DNA from: Bacteroidales bacterium
Lineage (GTDB): Bacteria > Bacteroidota > Bacteroidia > Bacteroidales > DTU049
DNA: 64,000 nucleotides
Reading direction: 5' to 3'
Assembly: GCA_012520175.1 (NCBI GenBank)
Contig: JAAYOU010000039.1
Coordinates: 9,013 to 73,012 of the forward strand
Positions within the stretch are counted from its first letter, which is position 1. Each line of letters opens with the position of its first letter. Position numbers and translations under genes: made by a program. A model generated the notes under the pieces. That model was not told the DNA's origin and made no database searches. It saw only the letters and a program-made list of their open reading frames with translations. Of this stretch, positions 38,476 through 49,501 are shown piece after piece.

Positions 38476-39099
38476 ATGAATAATAAAAATACATCGTCAG
38501 GCAAAATGTTACCTGTTATGGAACAGTTTGCAAGTCTTCAGGGAGAAGGCATTAATACAGGCAAAGCAGCTTGGTTTGTAAGACTTGGAGGCTGTGATGT
38601 TGGGTGTAGCTTTTGCGATGTAAAAGAATCTTGGAATCCTAATTTGCACCAACTTACTCCTTGCGATGAAATTATAAACAATGCTGTCAATTCAAAATTA
38701 GGTGCAGTAGTTTTAACAGGAGGCGAACCTTTGCAAAGCAATCTAGATTATCTTTGCAACAAACTACACGAAAAAAATATAAAAATCTTCCTCGAAACAT
38801 CTGGCAGTGAACCTTTTAGCGGCTGCTTTGATTGGATTTGTCTTAGTCCTAAAAAGAACACAAAAATCTTTAATTGCTGGTTTGAAGAGGCAAACGAACT
38901 AAAAGTTATTATAGAATCAAAAAATGACATGGTTTTTGCAGAGGAAATGGCTAAACATGTAAATGAAAATTGTATAATTCAATTACAGCCAGAATGGAGC
39001 AAAAAAGATGAGATTACTCCTTTTTTAGTTGATTATATAATTTCAAATCCATGTTGGAGATTATCAGTACAAACTCACAAGTATATTAAAATACCATAA
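38476..39099 (+). CDS. queE: 7-carboxy-7-deazaguanine synthase QueE (radical SAM)
   Basis: LPVMEQFASLQGEGINTGKAAWFVRLGGCDVGCSFCD carries the QueE N-terminal pattern and the Cx3CxxC-type cluster motif. An alternative start is at 38506 (MLPVMEQF). Confidence 0.88.
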   Translation: MNNKNTSSGKMLPVMEQFASLQGEGINTGKAAWFVRLGGCDVGCSFCDVKESWNPNLHQLTPCDEIINNAVNSKLGAVVLTGGEPLQSNLDYLCNKLHEKNIKIFLETSGSEPFSGCFDWICLSPKKNTKIFNCWFEEANELKVIIESKNDMVFAEEMAKHVNENCIIQLQPEWSKKDEITPFLVDYIISNPCWRLSVQTHKYIKIP

Positions 39100-39102
39100 G
39101 CT

Positions 39103-41013
39103 ATGAAATATCTTTTTATTTTTTCAATGATGTTTTTTATTCCTTTTTTGGCTTTTTCACAAGAAAATCTTTCTAGTAAAAACAAAAAAGCCCTAAGAGA
39201 ATATGCAGAAGGAATGACTTTTTTAGACGGATACAAATATCAAGAAGCTGAAAAAGCATTCATTAAATCTATTGAATTAGATAAAAAATTTATTGAAGCA
39301 TACATAATGCTTGCAACACTCTACGAAGAACAAAAAAAATATTCTGAATCTTTGGAATATTATGATAAAAGTTTTCAACTTGATGAGAAATTTTATCCAA
39401 AAAACTTTTTTTATGCTGGAAATTTAGCTTTAAAAATTGGAGAGTATGAAAAAGCACTTTCATATTTTAATTCATTTTTAAACAGCAAAGCCGTAATGCC
39501 TGCAAGCAAAATACAAGCTGATAGAGCTATAAAAGTTTGTAAATTCGCTATAGACCAAATAAAAAATCCAAAAGATTTTAATCCAAAATCTATAGGGAGT
39601 GGCATAAACACAGAAAAATCAGAATACATGCCTGTGTTAACAGCAGATGAATCAACAATTATCTTTACCAAAGAGTTAGAACATCCAGAAACCACAAATC
39701 CATCTGGCTTGCAAGAAGATTTTTACATCAGCAAATATGTGGATGGCGAATGGACTGTTGCTGTTCCTCTAAGTAACAATTTAAACACTCCTGGAAATGA
39801 AGGAGCTCATACCATTTCTCCCGATGGAAAAACAATTTACTTTACAGCATGCGACCGCAAAGACGGCAAAGGAAGTTGCGATATTTACATGTCGAAATGG
39901 AAAAATGGCGACTGGGACACTCCTGTAAATGTATCAGAAATAAATTCACGTTTTTGGGACTCACAACCAAGTATTTCCCCTGACGGAAAAACATTATATT
40001 TTACCTCATCTCGATCTGGCAATATAGATATTTATGTAACCTATTTAAACGATAATGGAAAATGGAGCACCCCTACTCCTTTACCAAAAAATATAAATAC
40101 ACCAGACGAAGATATGTCTCCATTCATTCATCCCGATGGAAAAACATTATACTTTGCTTCATCGGGGCATATTGGAATGGGAGGACTGGATATTTTCTAC
40201 ACGAAATTAAATGATGATTCCACATGGACAGACCCTGTAAACATTGGATATCCAATAAATACGTACAAAGATGAAGCATTCCTTTTTGTTTCTGCATCTG
40301 GGGAAAAAGCCTATTTTGCTTCTGGTGAATTGAACGAAAACAATATGGATATTTTCTATTTCGATTTATACAAAGAAGCTAGACCTGATGCAGTTACATA
40401 TTTAAAAGGTGTTGTAACTGACATGAAAACACAAAATCCAATCGTCGCATCTTTTGAGCTTACAGACTTGAAAAGTGGAAAAATAATTGCAAACTCAAAT
40501 TCTGATTCCCAAGGAGCTTTTCTGCTATGTATCCCTACGGGAAGAGATTATATGCTGAATGTTTCAAAAGAAAAATATCTATTTTATTCTGAAAATTTCA
40601 ATTTAGACGGCATTCATTCTAAAACAGAGCCTTTTTTGAAAAACATTGCTTTACAACCTGTAAGCACTGGAGAAATAGTTGTTTTAAATAATATTTTCTT
40701 CGATACCGATAAATATGATTTAAAGGAAGAATCTTTTATTGAGCTAGAAAAGCTTAAAACTTTACTTCTAAACAACCCGCAAATGAAAATTGAAATAAGA
40801 GGACACACTGACAACACTGGCTCTAAGCAACACAATCAAATACTTTCAGAAAACCGCGCCAAAACTGTTGTTAATTACCTTATTTCAAAAGGAATTAAAC
40901 CAGAAAGAATTCAATCCAAAGGTTATGGCGACACAATACCTCGCGCTACCAACGACACTCCAGAAGGACGTGCTCTTAACAGAAGAACTGAATTTAAAGT
41001 AATTGGCTTGTAA
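39103..41013 (+). CDS. OmpA family protein with TPR, TolB-like beta-propeller and CarboxypepD_reg-like domains
   Basis: Signal peptide, TPR repeats, then repeated SPDGKT(I/L)YF(T/A) propeller blades. The C-terminus IEIRGHTDNTGSKQHNQILSENRAKTV...NRRTEFKV is an OmpA_C peptidoglycan-binding motif. Confidence 0.9.
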   Translation: MKYLFIFSMMFFIPFLAFSQENLSSKNKKALREYAEGMTFLDGYKYQEAEKAFIKSIELDKKFIEAYIMLATLYEEQKKYSESLEYYDKSFQLDEKFYPKNFFYAGNLALKIGEYEKALSYFNSFLNSKAVMPASKIQADRAIKVCKFAIDQIKNPKDFNPKSIGSGINTEKSEYMPVLTADESTIIFTKELEHPETTNPSGLQEDFYISKYVDGEWTVAVPLSNNLNTPGNEGAHTISPDGKTIYFTACDRKDGKGSCDIYMSKWKNGDWDTPVNVSEINSRFWDSQPSISPDGKTLYFTSSRSGNIDIYVTYLNDNGKWSTPTPLPKNINTPDEDMSPFIHPDGKTLYFASSGHIGMGGLDIFYTKLNDDSTWTDPVNIGYPINTYKDEAFLFVSASGEKAYFASGELNENNMDIFYFDLYKEARPDAVTYLKGVVTDMKTQNPIVASFELTDLKSGKIIANSNSDSQGAFLLCIPTGRDYMLNVSKEKYLFYSENFNLDGIHSKTEPFLKNIALQPVSTGEIVVLNNIFFDTDKYDLKEESFIELEKLKTLLLNNPQMKIEIRGHTDNTGSKQHNQILSENRAKTVVNYLISKGIKPERIQSKGYGDTIPRATNDTPEGRALNRRTEFKVIGL

Positions 41014-41052
41014 TATTTTAAAATCAACAACTTCATTTAGAAAAGAAACACT

Positions 41053-42519
41053 ATGGATTATAAAGTAATATTAATAATATTTTTAGCATATACTTTATTA
41101 CTTTTTTTCATCACGTGGCTAACAAGCAGAAGAGCAAATAATGAAAGTTATTTTATCGGAAACCGCAAATCTCCATGGTTTGTTGTTGCTTATGGCATGA
41201 TAGGCGCCTCCTTGTCTGGCGTAACCTACATGTCAGTGCCAGGGATGGTGGAACAACACAGCTTTTCATATTTTATGGTTGTGCTTGGATTTTTTGTAGG
41301 ATATCAAATTATCGCATTTGTGCTACTTCCTCTTTATTACAGGCTAAATCTGACCTCAATATACACTTATCTAGACAAACGATTTGGCAACACATCTTAC
41401 AAAACGGGCTCATTGCTGTTTATTATTTCCCGCCTTTTAGGAGCATCTATGAGAATGTTTTTGGTTGTTTTAATTTTACAAAACTTTCTTTTTAATGATA
41501 TTGGAATTCCTTTTGCTGTAACAGCCACAATTTTTATTTTATTAGTTTTAATCTATACTTTCCAAGGTGGCATTAAAACAATTATTTGGACAGACACCTT
41601 ACAAACAACTTTCATGCTTGGAGCTTTAGTATATACACTATTTGCCATAGCATCACAACTTGATTTAAGCATAGGCGGTCTTTTTTCAACTATTGCAGAT
41701 AGCGAATACAGCACCATTATAAATTGCGATTATAATTCCAAAGACCATTGGCTAAAGCAATTTTTAAGCGGAATTTTCATAACTGTTACAATGACTGGAC
41801 TTGACCAAGAAATGATGCAAAAAAACTTGAGCTGCAAAAACATTCGAGACGCACAAAAAAACATGGTATCTTTTAGCTTTATAGTAGTTGGAGTTACACT
41901 TTTATTCTTAGCCTTAGGTGCAGCCCTTTATATCTATACAGACACCATGAATATTCAGCGTCCTGCCCTTGCAGATGACTTGTTTGCAACTGTTAGCTTC
42001 AAGTATTTGCCACCTTTAGCTGGATTTGTTTTCTTTATAGGACTCATCTCTGCGGCGTATCCTAGCGCTGACGGAGCCGTTACCTCACTAACCACAGCGT
42101 TTTCAATTGATATTCTTAAAATTGAAAAATATAAAAGCGAAAAGTTAAAAAAGCGAATTAGACTAATTGTGCATTTTTCATTTGCAGCAGTATTACTTGG
42201 ATTAATCATCTTTTTTAATTTTATAAACGACAGGAGTATTATTGATAAATTATTCACAATTGCAGGATACACCTACGGTCCATTACTTGGACTATATGCT
42301 TTCGGGCTTTATACCAAAAGAAAGATAAAAGATAGTTTAGTTTTTATCCCTGTGATAATAGCTCCAATATTTTGCTACATACTTGCAAACAACAGCAAAA
42401 GCTGGTTTAATGGCTATCAGATTGGCTTTGAGTTGATAATAATTAATGGATTAATTACTATTATAGGTCTATTGCTACTCTCAACAAAAGAAAAATTGGA
42501 TTTTAAGGAAGTGAAATAA
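41053..42519 (+). CDS. Sodium:solute symporter family transporter
   Basis: About 13 predicted TM helices. The N-terminal region ESYFIGNRKSPWFVVAYGMIGASLSGVTYMSVPG is typical of the SSF family. Confidence 0.8.
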   Translation: MDYKVILIIFLAYTLLLFFITWLTSRRANNESYFIGNRKSPWFVVAYGMIGASLSGVTYMSVPGMVEQHSFSYFMVVLGFFVGYQIIAFVLLPLYYRLNLTSIYTYLDKRFGNTSYKTGSLLFIISRLLGASMRMFLVVLILQNFLFNDIGIPFAVTATIFILLVLIYTFQGGIKTIIWTDTLQTTFMLGALVYTLFAIASQLDLSIGGLFSTIADSEYSTIINCDYNSKDHWLKQFLSGIFITVTMTGLDQEMMQKNLSCKNIRDAQKNMVSFSFIVVGVTLLFLALGAALYIYTDTMNIQRPALADDLFATVSFKYLPPLAGFVFFIGLISAAYPSADGAVTSLTTAFSIDILKIEKYKSEKLKKRIRLIVHFSFAAVLLGLIIFFNFINDRSIIDKLFTIAGYTYGPLLGLYAFGLYTKRKIKDSLVFIPVIIAPIFCYILANNSKSWFNGYQIGFELIIINGLITIIGLLLLSTKEKLDFKEVK

Positions 42520-43200
42520 GGCTATGTCCTGAAAAGCATGTTATATTTTATTTCGCTTGTTGTGTTTTCGGTCGTTTCATATGGTTATGGTAACGTAAAG
42601 TGCTGATAATCAAGCAGTTACGTGGCTATGACTGCGGCGGCGTAAAGTGCTGATAATCACATAGTTACGTTTGCCCGCCTGCTTGGTGTCCGCACCAGCC
42701 TAAGTCGTTGATAATCAGAGAGTTGCAAGCCGCCGCCGCTTTGCCTGTCTTGCTTTGCTTGCCCGCGACCACCTAAATTGCTGATAATCAACAAGTTGTG
42801 TGTACTAGCTGATTTAAATTGGCTTTTCTGCAAAATTTTTTGTAAATTTTAAACTACAAAAAATTTTGCAGAAAAAATTAGCGGATAAGTTTTTTTGTGT
42901 ACCCTGTTTCGCTCGAGCCTGCGTAAACCACTGGTAATCAAGCAGTTACAAGTCGCCGACCCGTCCACCCACCTAAATCATTGACAATCAGGTAGTTACA
43001 CAACGCCGCCACAACTCAACACTAAAAACCATTTTGATTTCGGACTTTCCGCCATTGCAAGTCATTGATTATCATACAGTTACAGAGCAGCTGCGACTTT
43101 CAAACTTTACAAACCCTTCAACAAGTTCAGGGCATCGCTTTACAAACTAAGACCCAGCAAGTCCTTAATAAAAAAGCACTTACAAATCAATCCGTATTTT
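42520..43200. repeat. Modular extragenic repeat array, locus D (7 units in mixed orientation, terminal module, inserted hairpin and decayed half-units)
   Basis: Six units read TGATAATCA on the + strand at 42594-42622, 42641-42669, 42699-42727, 42772-42800, 42922-42950 and 42972-43000. One unit is in the opposite orientation at 43056-43084, preceded by the module CCACAACTCAACACTAAAAACC (43009-43030). The left edge CTATGTCCTGAAAAGC (42522-42537) resembles locus C 10460-10480. Positions 43085-43200 hold degenerate half-units. The array starts right after the stop of the symporter gene. Confidence 0.85.
42824..42875. repeat. Perfect 21-bp inverted repeat (52-bp hairpin/miniature element) inside array D
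   Basis: TTTTCTGCAAAATTTTTTGTA (42824-42844) and TACAAAAAATTTTGCAGAAAA (42855-42875) are exact reverse complements around the 10-nt loop AATTTTAAAC. Abutting flanks are AATTGGC (42817-42823) and AATTAGC (42876-42882). Confidence 0.9.
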
Positions 43201-43286
43201 CACCTATTTTTTGGTACGTAATTTGTGAAATTTATTTTTTTTAGAAAATATATAAACGTATCTTTACACGATAAAACATCAAGAAA

Positions 43287-45239
43287 ATGAGACTACTGAA
43301 AACAAGAACTATAATATTTTTCCTGCTATATTTCTTTTCTGCTACATGTGTTTTTTCTCAGCAAATTGATAGCCTTTTTTCAGAATACAGCAAGTACTCA
43401 AATAAAAAGGATAATATTCCATTATGCAATACTTTATTGGAATTATTATATAAAGAAGATTGTTTAGAAAAACAATACTATTTTTCCGAATACACTCCAG
43501 AAGATAGCATTAAAATCACCATACATTATGGTATTGCAGAATATTATTTTGCAAAATCAAATTACACAGAATCCATAAGTAATGCAGAGCTTTCTTTAAA
43601 AAAGAGTATTGAAAACAACGACACATTATATACAATAAACAATAATAATGTACTATCATGTTGTTATCAACGCATTGGCAACTTCGATAAAGCCTTAGAA
43701 TCAGCTCAGAAATCATTGTTTTTATCACGACTTTCTAAGGATATCGAAAATGAAAGCTCCACGCTAAATAATATTGGCACCATATACATATATTTAAAGC
43801 AACCCCAAAAAAGTGTAATTTATTTAAACGATGCTTTAAAAATAGAACGCCTATTAAAACGAGAAGACAAGCTAGCAACAAGGCTAAGCAATTTAGCAGA
43901 AGCTTATCTAATGCTAAATGAACCCAAAAAAGCTCTATCTTTAATAACAGAGGCTATTAGCATTGACAAAAAAGCAGGAAGACTAAATAAAGTTGGCATA
44001 AGGCTTAGCGTTTTAGGTAATATATACAACGAATTAAGCGACTACAAAAATGCAGAAAAAGCATATAAAGAATCCATACAAATTTTTGAAGAAACAAAAA
44101 ATATGGCTTCCATGGCTATTTCATTATATCAGTTAGGAATGTTAAAGCTAAATAATAATGAAAACAACGATGCCATTAATTATTTGGATAGATGTAAAGC
44201 TGTAAGCGATTCTTTTAATTTAACTTATATGCAAGCTAAGGCTCTTTACGGAAAATACAAAACATATAAAAATATTGGCAATAACAACCTAGCTCTGAGC
44301 AACTTAGAAGAATATTTGATTGTAAACGATTCTATTTTCAAAATGGAAATGCAAAAACAAGTTGCCAACTTTCAGGTACAATACGAACTACAAGAAAAAG
44401 TTGCACAAATAGCAATTAATGAAAAAATGCTAAAGCGCTCACAATATATAAGTCAAATTCTTTTAATTACATCAATATCTATTGTTATTATTTGCATTTT
44501 GCTTTATCTTTTTGCAAGAAACAAACAAAAATATTCAAAGAAACTTGAAGAAATCAATAATTCTAAAGACAAGCTTTTTTCGATTCTATCGCATGATTTA
44601 AAAAGTCCTGCAATTGCTCAGAAAATGATTATTGAAAGCACTATAAATAATATTGACAACCTTAAAGATACAGAACTTAAGAAAATTTTCACATCTCTAC
44701 GAGACGCATCTGAAGCTCAATTATCACTAATTCAAAATTTAAAAGAATGGGCAAACTTACAAACTAGAGAAACAAAATCAACTCCTGTCGTATTTGATTT
44801 AAACACAATTATAAAAGATATTATTTCTCTTTACGAAATATCTGCAAAGCAAAAAAACATTGATATAAAACTTGAAATTCCTGGCAATTGCATCGTATAT
44901 ACCGACAAACAGCAAACAAGCACAGTTCTTAGAAATCTAATAAATAATGCAATAAAATTTTCACATGAAGGAATGCCTGTTTTTATAACTGTAAAAGAAA
45001 AAAACAGCACTGTATTCGTGTCTATAAAAGACAATGGCATTGGCTTAAATGAAGAGCAAATAAAAAGTATTTTCAATTTAGGAAAACCTATACAGCGTGA
45101 TGGAGCCAAAGGTGAGAAAGGAAGCGGACTTGGTCTTTTAATTTGCATTGATATATTAAAAAAGAATAAATCAAATCTTAAAATTGAAAGTCAGGAAAAC
45201 AAAGGAACAGAAATGAGTTTTGAACTTCAAAAGCCATAA
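43287..45239 (+). CDS. Sensor histidine kinase with periplasmic/extracytoplasmic TPR repeats
   Basis: Signal/TM, about 7 TPR-like repeats, a coiled region and one TM (ILLITSISIVIICILLYLF). H-box FSILSHDLKSP, N-box LRNLINNAIKFS, and G-boxes DNGIGL and GSGLGL. Confidence 0.9.
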   Translation: MRLLKTRTIIFFLLYFFSATCVFSQQIDSLFSEYSKYSNKKDNIPLCNTLLELLYKEDCLEKQYYFSEYTPEDSIKITIHYGIAEYYFAKSNYTESISNAELSLKKSIENNDTLYTINNNNVLSCCYQRIGNFDKALESAQKSLFLSRLSKDIENESSTLNNIGTIYIYLKQPQKSVIYLNDALKIERLLKREDKLATRLSNLAEAYLMLNEPKKALSLITEAISIDKKAGRLNKVGIRLSVLGNIYNELSDYKNAEKAYKESIQIFEETKNMASMAISLYQLGMLKLNNNENNDAINYLDRCKAVSDSFNLTYMQAKALYGKYKTYKNIGNNNLALSNLEEYLIVNDSIFKMEMQKQVANFQVQYELQEKVAQIAINEKMLKRSQYISQILLITSISIVIICILLYLFARNKQKYSKKLEEINNSKDKLFSILSHDLKSPAIAQKMIIESTINNIDNLKDTELKKIFTSLRDASEAQLSLIQNLKEWANLQTRETKSTPVVFDLNTIIKDIISLYEISAKQKNIDIKLEIPGNCIVYTDKQQTSTVLRNLINNAIKFSHEGMPVFITVKEKNSTVFVSIKDNGIGLNEEQIKSIFNLGKPIQRDGAKGEKGSGLGLLICIDILKKNKSNLKIESQENKGTEMSFELQKP

Positions 45240-45268
45240 AATGTTTTAATTTGTAAATAAGAAAACGT

Positions 45269-47994
<2,726 letters not shown>

Positions 47995-48044
47995 TTTATT
48001 ATTAACTATTATAAAAAATGGCTTTTTTTCTTACAATTATTTTA

Positions 48045-48052
48045 TATCTTTG
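48045..48052 (+). promoter_or_regulatory. Candidate -7 promoter element (TATCTTTG) for lpdA
   Basis: TAnnTTTG match 19 nt upstream of the ATG at 48071. Confidence 0.45.
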
Positions 48053-48070
48053 ATAAAAATTTGAGTAACT

Positions 48071-49462
48071 ATGAATTTTGATGTTATAATTATCGGAAGT
48101 GGACCTGGCGGATATGTTGCAGCAATTAGAGCCTCGCAACTTGGCATGAAAACAGCAGTTATAGAGAAAAGTGCTATTGGAGGCATTTGTTTAAATTGGG
48201 GCTGTATCCCTACAAAAGCTCTTTTAAAAAGTGCACAAGCATATAAATATATAAAACACGCCTCAGAATACGGCATAAAAGTAGAAGGAAATTTTTCTCC
48301 AGATTTTCAATCAATTGTTAGCCGCAGCAGAAATGTAGCAGACATGATGAATAAAGGAGTGCAGTTTCTTCTTAAAAAGAATAATGTTGAAGTGATTTCC
48401 GGTTTTGGCAAACTAACTTCAGATAAAAAAGTTGAAGTAAGTTCAGAAGACGGAAGCAAAAATATTTACGAAGCAAAACACATTATAATTGCAACAGGTG
48501 CTCGTTCCAGAGAATTACCAGCTTTAAAACAAGATGGGAAGAGAATTATAGGCTATCGCGAAGCAATGACATTAGAAAAACAGCCAGAAAGCATGGTAGT
48601 AGTTGGTAGTGGAGCTATTGGCAGCGAGTTCGCATATCTTTACAACACTTTAGGCACAAATGTTACCTTAATAGAGTTTTTACCAAACGTTGTTCCTGTC
48701 GAAGACGAAGAAGTGAGCAAGCAATTAGAACGCTCATTTAAGAAGTCTAAAATGCAGATTTACACTTCTTCCGAAGTAACAAAAGTAGATACCACAAGCG
48801 ACAAATGCAAAGTTTTTGTAAACACAAAAAAAGGAGAAGTAATAATCGAAACTGACATTGTTTTGTCTGCGGTTGGCGTTACTACAAATATTGAGGGAAT
48901 TGGACTTGAAGAAGTTGGTGTAAATGTTGAAAAAAGCAAAATACTCGTAGATGAATATTACAAAACAAATGTTGACGGAATTTATGCAATTGGCGATGTA
49001 GTAAAAGGACCAGCTTTGGCACACGTAGCTTCAAGCGAAGCAATAATATGCGTAGAAAAAATTGCAGGACTAAATCCAGAAGCATTAGATTATTCAAATA
49101 TTCCGGGCTGCACATATACTTTCCCAGAAGTAGCCTCAGTTGGCTTAACAGAAAAAAAAGCTACCGAAGCTGGCTACGAAATTAAAGTAGGCAAATTTCC
49201 TTTCATGGCAAGTGGTAAAGCCAAATCTGCAGGAAATACAGATGGATTTGTAAAGTTAATTTTCGATGCAAATACTAATATAATTTTAGGTGCTCATTTA
49301 ATTGGAGACAACGTTACAGAAATGATTGCAGAACTTGTGCTTGCAAGAAAAATGAAAGTTACTGGTCATGATATTATAAACACAGTTCACCCACATCCAA
49401 CAATGAGCGAAGCTGTTATGGAAGCTGCCGCAGCTGCTTATGGTGAAGCCATACATCTTTAG
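48071..49462 (+). CDS. lpdA: Dihydrolipoyl dehydrogenase
   Basis: GSGPGGYVAAIRA, redox disulfide GGICLNWGCIPTKALL, C-terminal HPHPTMSEA interface motif. Confidence 0.93.
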   Translation: MNFDVIIIGSGPGGYVAAIRASQLGMKTAVIEKSAIGGICLNWGCIPTKALLKSAQAYKYIKHASEYGIKVEGNFSPDFQSIVSRSRNVADMMNKGVQFLLKKNNVEVISGFGKLTSDKKVEVSSEDGSKNIYEAKHIIIATGARSRELPALKQDGKRIIGYREAMTLEKQPESMVVVGSGAIGSEFAYLYNTLGTNVTLIEFLPNVVPVEDEEVSKQLERSFKKSKMQIYTSSEVTKVDTTSDKCKVFVNTKKGEVIIETDIVLSAVGVTTNIEGIGLEEVGVNVEKSKILVDEYYKTNVDGIYAIGDVVKGPALAHVASSEAIICVEKIAGLNPEALDYSNIPGCTYTFPEVASVGLTEKKATEAGYEIKVGKFPFMASGKAKSAGNTDGFVKLIFDANTNIILGAHLIGDNVTEMIAELVLARKMKVTGHDIINTVHPHPTMSEAVMEAAAAAYGEAIHL

Positions 49463-49501
49463 TAAGTATTTAAGCCAAAATATAAATTCACTCCCTATAC
49501 G

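Noticed and set aside
42594-43000. TGATAATCA core as arrays of Fur boxes (it is the centre of the classical GATAATGATAATCATTATC box)
   Set aside because: The flanks of the core do not match the Fur 19-mer. The sites lie 3' of genes inside GC-rich spacers rather than over promoters. No iron-related genes are adjacent to arrays A, B or D.
48037-48276. 79-aa minus-strand ORF overlapping the lpdA start
   Set aside because: It is antisense to the conserved FAD-binding and redox-disulfide region of lpdA.
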